Assembly (NCBI GenBank): GCA_001643675.2
Contig: LSRY02000035.1
Span: 434,001 to 498,000, forward strand
Reading direction: 5' to 3'
Source of the DNA: Monocercomonoides exilis PA203
Taxonomy: Eukaryota; Protista; Preaxostyla
DNA length: 64,000 bases
The position numbers and the translations under genes are program-made. The notes beneath the pieces were generated by a model, which was not told the DNA's origin, made no database searches, and was given only the letters and a program-made list of their open reading frames with translations. Below, piece by piece: positions 13,063 through 23,753 of the stretch (the first letter of the stretch is position 1; each line of letters opens with the position of its first letter).

Positions 13063-13557
13063 GGTAAGTGGGAACAAAACGTACTGTTCAAAATGCTTTT
13101 AAAAACGTGAATGTTCGTTATCAAAATAAGAAATAAGTCCATGTGGGACATTTTTACTGGTAAATTTTGTCGAATTCGAATAATTGAATTGGTGACCCAT
13201 TTATGAAATTCTTCATCAACAAATCACCTGTTTCAAGTCTTTTTTTGATAAATAATACCCTAATCAGTGATTTAGGTTCATATTTTAATTTATATTATAC
13301 CCTAATTCACTCGTTGTGAAGGCATTGATACCAATAGCCTCTCTTAAACCTAATTAGAAATTATGAGAAATAATATTATTAGGGTTTGATCATAGATTTT
13401 TTGATGAAAAAGGCGATTATTTGTCACTGGAATTTTGAGTCGAAAATGAATATTACAATTTTATTGATTGCTTTGTATCCATTGAGTCTTGCTTTTTTTT
13501 GGAAATAAAACTTTATTTGTGTTATTTTTTGAACAGTACGTTTTGTTCTCATTCACC
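13063..13557. mobile_element. Merlin (IS1595-like) MITE, 495 bp, 31-bp TIRs, 8-bp TSD
   Basis: Left TIR GGTAAGTGGGAACAAAACGTACTGTTCAAAA; right TIR (reverse complement) GGTGAATGAGAACAAAACGTACTGTTCAAAA. Perfect direct repeat GCGAATTA at 13055-13062 and 13558-13565. GGNRM termini with an 8-bp TSD fit the Merlin superfamily. Confidence 0.85.
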
Positions 13558-13855
13558 GCGAATTATGTTGAAGTCGATTTCCCAAGAGAAATTAAAAAGA
13601 AAAAACAATTAGTTTTTTTTCTCTCCTAAATAATATGATGCTGGTTAGATCAAAAAGAAACAAAAGGAGAGCTTTTCTATTCAGACACAGTTGAGATCGT
13701 GTGTTTTGTTGTTGCACATATTGAACGTTTGTTTTTGAAAAGCGTGATAATTATTATTGAAAGGATAGCATTTTCATTTTGCAAGAAAAACAATGAAGTT
13801 TGTGATTGTCTGTAATCTCATTTTTTGAATTGCTGTTGAATTTTGCGAATGCTGA

Positions 13856-15308
13856 ATGAATTGCAAACAGAACGAGCATTTTTGAAAGTATTATCGAAAG
13901 AACATCACCAGTTGAAAAGTTTTGGAGTTTGCAGTTTTCTTTTTTATTGAAAAGGCATTATTCTCTATGATAAACGCGCTTTTTGAAGATTTGTTTGGTG
14001 AACTTGGAGGTTGCAACGAGGGTGAACAGAAACGGAAAATAAAAGCGATAAACAGAGTGATGGATGAAATGAATGAATTCGAACTGGAATCTATTTTCGA
14101 AACTGATTTGTTCAATAAAATAGATAAAATGATTGAAGAAAGGGAAATGTCTTTGAAAGATTCAGTTTTGATGCTGAAGCACATTGGATATTGCGAAATC
14201 CCGATGAACCTGTGGAATAGAACATTTGTATCATCTTCATTGGACAGAAGATTTAAGGAGATGATTTTTGAGGAAGAAAAAAAGAATAACGAAAAAAATG
14301 AAAAACATTTGATTGATCTTTGCGAATGCTATATTTTTCTTTGCTGTTATGGTTCATCACAATTGTCTTCAATTTGCTTGCCACATATTCTGAAAGCTGC
14401 TTTGAACAAGGAAGAAAACGAAGAAGCACAGAAAGAAGTGGAAATGGCTTTGCTGGCTTTGGCTTGCATGCGCTTTTTTGTTTGTTGCATTTCTTTCTTT
14501 CCTTTTGATGTTTTTGTTTCTTTCTTGCTTTCTATCAGGGAATGAAAAATGAGGTGTATTTGAAAGGGATCAAAGAAATCATCCAACATCATCAGGAACA
14601 TCGAAACCTGACTCAACTTGCATATCAATCAGCTTGGGAGTGTTTGGTGGGCAGAGTGCATACTATAGGAACGTCGAATAGGGCAGTTGTTGATGAACTG
14701 CATTTTGCGAGAGAAGCAGCAAGAGAGTTGGAAGAGCTGAGAAAGCGTGGAATTGGAAGGGAAACAAAAAAGAAGGGGAAGAAAGAAGCAAAAAGAAAGA
14801 AGAGACTGCTTTGATGAGATGGATTCAAACAATAAAATGCTATTTTTTTTACAATAAAGTCGTTGAATGATGAATTTGTTGGACTTGTCAGAAGTATTGT
14901 TCAAGTACTTCAAGCAGCAAAGAATGAATGCAGAGAAATAAGCGTGGAATGCGACATATCTTTAAGAAGAGCAGCGTGGAACAAAGCAGTGAAAGTCGAC
15001 GACTTGCTGAAAGGAGGAGCTGTTGATGTGCTTTTGGAGGAAATCCAGCTTCCAAACTAGGTGACACCTTTTTGAGAGAGCGGCTTTCCTGTTTCAGAAG
15101 AATTTGCCAAAAGTTGAAGGAAAGAAAAGATGATAAAACTGATGAAGAGGAAATAAAATCAGCCAAAAGGAACATATTTGAAAATATGGAAGAGGAAGGA
15201 TATGAAGATTTCATTACAAGTCTTCATAAAATGCTGCCTGTTTTGGCTAATTGGGATCGATATTTGCATCTGTCAAAAGACTCATCTGACTATCTTTTGA
15301 GTTTGTGA
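13856..15308 (+). pseudogene. Same 3-exon family, copy C (disrupted)
   Basis: Same exon layout (intron 1 at 13927-13988; intron 2 ends near 14538) and motif IQHHQEHRNLTQLAYQSAW. Disrupted by an extra T in exon 1, a frameshift near 14750 and a TAG/frameshift near 15058. Confidence 0.8.
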
Positions 15309-15366
15309 ATTGAATGCTCAATTCATTTCCGTTCATTTCATCTCATCTCAGAAAGGAAGAAAATTG

Positions 15367-15423
15367 GAAGAAGAAGAAGAAGAAGAAGAAGAAGAAGAAG
15401 AAGAAGAAGAAGAAGAAGAAGAA
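15367..15423 (+). repeat. (GAA)19 microsatellite
   Basis: Read directly from the sequence. Confidence 0.95.
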
Positions 15424-15679
15424 GGGAAAGGAAAGGAATTTGATGAAAACAGAGATACAGAAGAGTCTGATGGCAGAAAACGAATAAACGAAAAAATCGA
15501 TGAGAAAATAAGAGAAAAGAAATGATTTCATTCTGGAATGATTTCTTTGACTTGATGCGAAACATGTTCAACATGAAATGTGAATTCTTCATTCAATTCA
15601 ATTTGTCTCTTCGCCATCTTTTTCTTTTTCTTCTTCTTCTTCTTCTTCTTCTGATGCTTCATCATCATCATACACCACA

Positions 15680-15876
15680 ATAACAAGACTACTAGAACTA
15701 TCCGAGCAGGCCTCGTCCATCCTCAAAAGCTACAGCTCTCTCTCGCTCATCACAACAGTCTCGCATCGCCTGCGCTTCTTCGAAAGTCTTCTGCATTCGC
15801 TTTTCTATTCCTTTTCCTCGTCTTCTTTTGTCTGCTGTGCTAGCGTTGCACTGCCTTCTTCGTTGAATTCTTCATC
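15680..15876 (+). repeat. 197-bp dispersed duplicate of Ipi1-like coding sequence 56087-56283
   Basis: Ungapped match in the same orientation with 6 mismatches in 197 bp by my count. Confidence 0.95.
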
Positions 15877-17707
15877 TTCTATCATTATCAACATCATCAA
15901 AGAAAGCAAAAATATTTTTTTCATCCAAAATATCTTCTTCCTCTGCATTTTGAATGTCTATAGAAATAGAAATGGAGGAGAATGGAGGGGGAAAAGGCAA
16001 AGGAAGACTTTTCCATTGAACATATCAACCATTTGCATCAATGTTGTGAATTCGTTTCTTTTATCTTGTCATTTCATTCTCAGCAAGCCAAAATGAAAGG
16101 TTTTATATTTGAATAAACGCATTGCTTTTGTATTGAGCTCGAGAAAAAAGGGGGGTTTGGAAGAATGAATTTTGAGGAATGAACCCATGAGAAATTTGCA
16201 AAGCAAGTGAAAATGAAGAAAAGTGAAGAGGAAAAGAACAATTTTGAGCAGGAATTGAGGGGAATCAGGCAAAGAAACAGAATGTGGATGAAAAATTGTT
16301 GATGAATGAAGAAATATTTATTTATGTGGCAACAAAGCAGCTGAAGAAGATAATACAATTGGAGCAGAACTTTTGGTTGATTTGCAAAAAAAGAATGCGA
16401 GAGAGACATCTCTTTCTCCATAAACAGGAAAATGCAGATAAAAACAGAAAAATGAAGAAAAAGAAAGAGAAAGAGATGGAATCTGAGTGAAATTATGAAG
16501 AATTGCATTTTTAGATGAAATGGATGAAACAAGTGCTCTCTTTAAAAAAAAAGAAGAAACAAAAGGAATGAAGAGAAAGGCAAAGAATGATTACAATAAA
16601 GAAGAAGAAAAGAATTTGGAGAAAAGAGCATTCATTTCTGATTGAAAGTTGAAACGAAAATGAGAAGATGAGATGGTGCTCATCATGTCAATTTTCTTAT
16701 TTTGTTGTTCACATCCTGAATTAAAGAATTGCATGTTGGCTCTTTGCAACATTTTCAGTTGTTTTCGACTCCATCACCCTGACCTCCAAAAGAAAGACAC
16801 TTCAATCACCTTGAAGAATGACGAAGTTGAAACAGTTGTAACAAAGTTAGTGATTTTTGAACAAAAAGTGAGAAGGTTATTATTGGAGTGAGAAAGAATG
16901 AGGAGGTGAGGAGTGTGAGGGAAGTGTTTTAGAGGAGGGCAAAGACAATGAGTGCATATTCGATGGTGGAACATGGGGTCTGTTGGGGTTTGCCACAGGC
17001 ATCAGCATCAGTTCCATTATTGGCAACGATTTTGTTCTGGACAACGAGAGGAATCCAGCTGTTGCATTTAGAGTTATCTGCATGTCCATTATTCCAGACT
17101 CTTTGTGTTGGGGTTGTTGATTCACAATTCTCGAATGGGGATTGAGTGAAACAACTTCTATCGAAAAATGGACAATTTCCTCTGCCGTTTGCTCCTTGTC
17201 ACCATGGAAGAAACAGAAAGTGTATCCATTTATTTATTTTCGTGAGTGACAAATTAAACAAGAGATTATTCGATTATCACCAAACTTTTTTTCAAATAAA
17301 TGAACCCAAAAAATAAGGTGAAATGTTAATGGTCATCTTATTGTTCTGCAAATTGACGCATTCCTTGTCTGAAAAAAATGTCATTATATTATATTTTTGA
17401 ATCATTTTTGAATAACATTAACAGAAAAGTATTTTCTCGAAGACAATTCTACACTGTAGAAGTTGAAAAATTTTCAAAATAAGAATAAAAAACGGAAGCT
17501 TTTTTTAAATTCTGATCGAATATGTTTGAATTAATAATAGCTGCCACGAAAAAGCATTGAAAGAACGAAATGATTTGCATCAAATTGGTGAGATATATTT
17601 GAAAATTAAAAGCAGGAAAATAACTCATCTGCAATTGCAAAACAACGACAAATATCAAACAAAAAGCATCTCCTCCTCATTCCATAATATTTGGGACTAA
17701 ACATGTT

Positions 17708-19859
17708 TTATGAAAACTCTATATTTTTAGTGCCTGAAACCTTTTTGGGGCCAGTCGGTTTCTTTATTTTGTCTAATCTGAGCACTTTCATAACTACTGA
17801 TGAATCAAGGAAGATCATCTGCAATTAGAGGTTTGATCAAAATTAATGTGGAAATCAGATGGTGATAAAAAAATATAAAATGCAAAGATAATGTTATTTT
17901 TAAAAAATTAATACAATAGAAAGAAAGAAAGAAAATAATAAACGAAAAGAAAATAAAATTATTGAAATATGATACAAACAAGTCATAAAGATTTGGTGAC
18001 TGGCAAACAAAGCAGTCTTCAAAAATTATAACATTTATTTTTCATACCTGAAATTGCACACATTTTGGCAGCTTTGTTATTGCGACAGCTTGCTTTTTCC
18101 GATTAATAAAAAATGTTGCAGTTTTCTTCTTTGTGTTAACTTCGCAAGCGACTTGTACTCCATCTCGATTCCAAGCGTCAACGCAAGTTGATGTTTGGCC
18201 AAAGCCACTGGGATACAATATTTGCCCTTCTGAATTAATTCCGACTGGAGGCCCTCGAGAACTTTTGAACGCCGGCGCTGACCCAAACGTAGAAATAGTC
18301 GAAGTCGAGCCCCAGCCTGGAGAAGGGGAAAATGGGTTTGTAGCTTGATGACTCGTTGACTCACTTTTTGACTTCTTTGGCTTCAGCGAAGAATCGCGCT
18401 TCTTGATGGCATTCTTCATGTTGCTCTCGCGCAATTGAAGAATGGAAAAACCGCGGCACGACGGATTGGCCTCTTCCACAAGCAGATCCACCCGCCAAAT
18501 GCCTTTGTTGAATGGATTGCCCAAACAAACAGGAATAGGATATGATCTATTCACACGAATACGGCGCTCCTTCTGCAACAACTGAATATCTGTATCAAAC
18601 GACGAAGTATACCCAGCTGTCTCTTCAGGGAGAAAATGAAGTGGTCCTCTCATTTCTAACAAATAAACAACGAAAAATGAAATATTTCAAAATTAATAAA
18701 TTAATAAATAAAATAATAAATTAATAAAAAAAAGCACGAAATATGTTAAATACAGAAGATCTTTCATTTAAATAAAGAATGCAAACTTCCCTTCACTGGC
18801 TTTTTGTTTTCTTTATATCCTTCTTTTCCTTTTCCTCCATCTGACGACGACGATGATGATGAATCAGCGCCACTTTCATCAGAGCCACTTTCATCAGAAT
18901 CACTTTCATCTTCAGACGCCTCTGTGTCATCTGATTCCTCATCGCTATCAGAATCGCTGTCGCTCTTGTTTTTCTTTTCATGCTTTCTCTCTTTCTTTTT
19001 CCCTTTTTTATCTTCTTCTTTTTGCCATTTCTCTCCATCTTCAATCAGCCTGGCTGGTGTTCCGATAAGAGGGCTCGACTCATCAGAGGGATTAAATGGA
19101 GGCATCAACATAGGACCCCCAAATGAAGAAGACGGAAATCCTGGTGCAGGAAATCCTGGTGGTGCCATGCTTGGCACAGAAAGCGAAGGCTCGTCAGAAA
19201 CTGGCAAAGCTAAAGAGATTCCAGACGAAAAAGGACCAGCTGTGGAAAGTCCAGTTGGTAACATTGGCCCAGGCCCTTGCATCGCACTTCCAAACGAAGG
19301 CGGGAACTTCGCAGGGCCACCAAAAGTCCCCGAACTCTCCGTTGGTGGTAATGAAGACATGAATGGCTTTGGAGCAGCTTTGTCAGTGCTTGAAGAGCTT
19401 GCTTTTTTCGAAGAAAACGCTGATGGAACAGAAAATTTCCCATTTGCTTGACTCGAAGTTCTTGCCTTCCCAAAAGCAAAAACTGCCCCACCTTTTTTCT
19501 TTGGCAAACCGCTTGAAGCTAAAATAACAACAACAACAAAGCAATAAAAGATTTTGACATTATATTTTTTGAAATTGTTATTGAAAATTTGATAACAAAC
19601 TGTGTGCAGCGATAACTTCTTCAGCAATTGTGGATGCATCTCCTTCGCTCATTCCATACTCTTTCTTCAGAATGCCCTCAATTTCTTCTTTCATCGTTCC
19701 ACGCACAATTCCACAGAGAAGATTAGCTGTTTCTTTCATTAAGTCAAACAGCTCATCTTTCTTTTCTTCGCTTGCTCCACTTGCATGCACGCCTAATTCA
19801 CTTAATGTTTTATCCCTTGATAGCTTACAATTTTTCCCCAAACTTAAATTGCTCATCAT
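17708..19859 (-). CDS. 4-exon protein with Pro/Gly/Phe-rich and acidic linkers and a C-terminal B30.2/SPRY-like domain
   Basis: Exons 19859-19601, 19518-18787, 18655-18048, 17818-17708. All three GT-AG introns keep the frame (phases 1, 1, 0). C-terminal GIWRVDL...VACEVNTKKKTATFFINRKKQ...LPKCVQF resembles SPRY strands. The true 5' end may lie further upstream. Confidence 0.7.
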
Positions 19860-21107
19860 TTGATTCTTTTTCTTTTGAAAAGATCAAACCCTTATTATTA
19901 TTTTTTCTCACTCATTTTTCTCAAAAACACAAATATTTCTTTCTCTTGCAAGCGAAATTGCTTGAATATATTTTAAAATCTATGTGAAAGATAAAGATGA
20001 AGTTGTTTTATAAATTGATTCTTGATTTTCCACCTGAAATTGTTGAGAGAAATAACATTAAATAACAAAAGAGAAGCAACAGAAATTCACTTCTTCAGAC
20101 TTTTATCTTCAGGCTTTTGCATCTTTTTTCGACAGAAATTAATCATTGAATAATTCACTTTCTCTCAATCGTCTCACTCTCACACATAAAGAGTTAAATA
20201 TTCATCGCAATGTGCATCATTCGCTTTCGTTTTCTTCGTTTCGTAATTAACTTCTTTCACTTCCCCCTTTCTCTCTCATTCCATATTTCCTCAAAAAGTT
20301 ACACTTCACAGGAGCCTCAGACTGGGCACTTCGTTATTTCTTGTTTTCTTTAATCGTTTCATTCATCTTTCCAACTTCAATTTCTTTCTCAATTATTTCC
20401 CATATTTCCTCATCTCTCGCAAATTTTTCTTCTTCTTCTTTAAAACCCTCCAATTCATTGTTGTTTCGTTCAACCATGCTCTTGAAAACAGTTCAAAAAT
20501 ATCGAAAAAAAATATTCAGATTGACAGAGCAAATAATGAACCCAGATTTGATGAATTATTTCATTGATAAAAGTCGATTTCTCTGATGAAGTTCCACAAA
20601 TCCAATATTTTTTCTATTTCTTCCATTTTCAAAGTTGTGAGCAGCTGATCCACCAATCATTCCTTCCAATATTCCTTTTCACCTCAAAATGCAACAACTC
20701 CAAATCCTTCTGATAAAAGTGAGAATCATTATGTCTCTTCAAGTTCATCAAGTTTCGTTCAAAGCATTGTTTTACCAAAAAAATCGCAGATTCGATGCAC
20801 GATAGATGTTTTTCATCATTGAAGGATACTGTGGAATTCAGTTATTCACGAAGAATAAACTCCAAGAAAGCCGAAAAGCTCTGACTAATAATATTCACAG
20901 AATTATTAATTTTGGAAAATATGTTTGCTGTTCGTGCGCAAAAGTTATCTCAAATGTTTTCAAATCATTGCAACAAAAGTTCTTGTTTCTGTGAAAAAGC
21001 TCTTCTACTGTTTTATTGAGAAGCATTTCTTTATATCTTGTCCAAATAGGTATTTTAATTAAAGATGAATGAAGTGAAAATGTGAAAAAACAATAAAATC
21101 GGTTGAT

Positions 21108-22583
21108 TCAGCAACAAACAAAACAATCATTCAAATTTCCAAACAATATGAAAAGATCATCGGTTCTGTTTACTAAGCTATGAAACAATCCAAAGATGTA
21201 ATCTTCATATCCTTCTTCCTCCATCTTTTCAAATATTTCCATTTTTAATGCCTTTCTTCTCATCTCTTTTCCGTTTGTCCTTTCTTCTTCTGGTTTCACT
21301 GTTGTTTTCAATCTTTCCGAAACATTCTCAAGGAATTTCAAGCAATCAAACACAACATCATTATTCAACGTTGGTTGCTGCATTTCCTCAAAAACAGCTT
21401 CAACAGCTTCGCTTTTCAACAAATCATCTATTTTCACAACTCTCCTTTCTGCTGCATTTATCAATGAACGAATGCATTCTTTGCGAATTTCCCAGTGATT
21501 ATCCTTCGCTGCTCGAAATACCCAAACAATTCTGCTAAAAAGCTCAACAAGTTCTTCGTTCCACAATCGACAATCGAGAAAATAAATTGTACATGTCTTG
21601 AGCCATCTCATCAAAGCAATTTCTTCTTTCACTTCTCTTCTTCTTTTTCCATTTTCCTCTTTTTTCTTCTTCCAATTTACATTTCTTGTGAGCTCTTCTA
21701 ATTCTCTTGCTGCTTCACTTCCAAAATGCAACTCATTCACAATCAATCTTTCCAAACATTTGTCATCCCTATATAAAATCATTAAAAACCCCCAAGCTGA
21801 TTGATATGCAAGTTGAGTCAAGTTGTGATGCTCCTGGTGATATTTGATGATTTCTGCGATTTTTGTCGAAAAAATATCTTCTTTCATTCTCTTCCAAAAT
21901 TTGTTGTCAAAAGGAACAAAAATAAATGAAAATGAAAATAATTCACAAACTATATGAGCGTCAATTCTGCTTAAAGCAAGCAATGTTATTTCCACCTCTT
22001 TCTGTGTTTTTTCATCCTCCTTTTTGCTCAATTCAGCCTTTATAATGCAATTAACACTTTTTAAAAGCAACCCTTTTGACATGTTCCAATAATGGTTGAG
22101 AAGTAAAATATAACACTCACAAAGGCTAATCAGTAAATTTTCGTTCTTTCCTTCTATTTTCCGCGCTTCAACAAATATCATGTTATTCAATCTATTGTAA
22201 AGTGAAGATTTATAAAAACTGGCGCTCCACAGCCCCACAAGCCCTTTGCAATATCCAATGCGAGTTAACAACAAAAACGCATTTTCCAATGAAACTTTCT
22301 TTCTTTTCATCATTTTATCTATTCTATTGAGCAATTCCGTTGTATAAATGGATATAAATTCTTTTTCATCCATTTCTTCCAATATTCGGTTCATTTCCAC
22401 GATTTTCTGCCTTTGCCCCTCCTCATTGCAACCGTCCAACTCATTAAACAACTCTCCAAAAAACATGAAAAGAATGAAATATAACGTCTTTCTCAAAAGA
22501 AAAAAAAATAAACTTGAAAATTCTCCAGTGAGGGTCATCTCATGAATTGCAACTGTGAACTCATTATCGTTACGTATGCTCAT
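21108..22583 (-). CDS. Same 3-exon family, copy D
   Basis: Motif IKYHQEHHNLTQLAYQSAW. Alignment with paralogs places introns at 22513-22454 and 21950-21891; both are 60 nt and stop-free, so the ORF track shows one 491-aa ORF. Confidence 0.85.
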   Translation of the reverse strand: MSIRNDNEFTVAIHEMTLTGEFSSLFFFLLRKTLYFILFMFFGELFNELDGCNEEGQRQKIVEMNRILEEMDEKEFISIYTTELLNRIDKMMKRKKVSLENAFLLLTRIGYCKGLVGLWSASFYKSSLYNRLNNMIFVEARKIEGKNENLLISLCECYILLLNHYWNMSKGLLLKSVNCIIKAELSKKEDEKTQKEVEITLLALSRIDAHIVCELFSFSFIFVPFDNKFWKRMKEDIFSTKIAEIIKYHQEHHNLTQLAYQSAWGFLMILYRDDKCLERLIVNELHFGSEAARELEELTRNVNWKKKKEENGKRRREVKEEIALMRWLKTCTIYFLDCRLWNEELVELFSRIVWVFRAAKDNHWEIRKECIRSLINAAERRVVKIDDLLKSEAVEAVFEEMQQPTLNNDVVFDCLKFLENVSERLKTTVKPEEERTNGKEMRRKALKMEIFEKMEEEGYEDYIFGLFHSLVNRTDDLFILFGNLNDCFVCC

Positions 22584-23753
22584 TCTGTTTCTAACCTGTA
22601 TTTCTCAATTTATTCGAATTTATCCTTCACATAACAGAATAATCAATAAATATAAACAATATTTATTATTTTGTAAAATGAAAAGGCTACATTCGCAATA
22701 CCAATCTTTTTTGCTTTTAAAATTAGTAAAAATGGAACACTAAACAAATCCAATGAACTTTGATGGAAAAGAAAATAAAATAAAAGAAAAAAACTTTTCT
22801 TTCTGTTTGATCAAACCAACAGTAAATCCAAAAAAGATAAACAACTTAATATTCTTTTTCTGAGTATTTCTTTTTTTTCGATTTGAATGAAATAAAATTT
22901 CGATAAATCTTCAAATTATTTATTCATTCTGTGATGGATTTTTTTGTTTTAAACATTGCCACACCGAAAACAAACATAAAAATTAATTCTCATCCTTCCG
23001 AACAGTAAAAAAGAAATAGCTTTGTGTTCTTGAGCAATTCATTATTTGAATTGTTGATTTTTTTAAAAAAAAAACATAACAAAATGTTTATCATTCATTA
23101 CTTATTAACCAGAGAAAAGTCAATTTTTGACACAATTATCTTTTTCTTCCGTATTTGGACAATTCAGACTGTTATAGAAAATTATTCAATTCGAATTTTT
23201 ATTTGAAAATGCTTTATTTTTTCAATTTTGATAAATAAAGTTATCTGACAATAAATTATAATTAGCACCCGAAGTACAAGACGCATGATATTCAAACGAA
23301 AATTTCTATTTTATTGATTGTTATTTCCATTATCCGAAATTGTGAATTCATCGAAACAAGTTTAACACATAATCAACAAAAAATGGTAAAAGTTGAATGA
23401 TAACCGCTGTGGTCCATTCCAACCGAATTTACAGATTTTAATCTCTCTCAACAATATTCAAAATTCTGAAATAATTCAACAAAAATGTGCTCTTTGAAAA
23501 TAACAGTGATTAAGAGAATAAACTGAAAATTTAACTAAAAAGAGCTAAAAAACTAACAGATTAAAAGAGAGGGCATCGCAATGAAGACAAACATTTAATA
23601 AACACTTCAACTAGAATTATAACAATTTTCTTAAAAACTATTTGCAAGAAAGAAACAAAATTGCTTGCCTCAAAAAAATATCGAATTTGATTCAAATCAA
23701 AACAACAATCACCAAATTTTAAAAATATCACACTAAAATACACCTCTCGAAAA

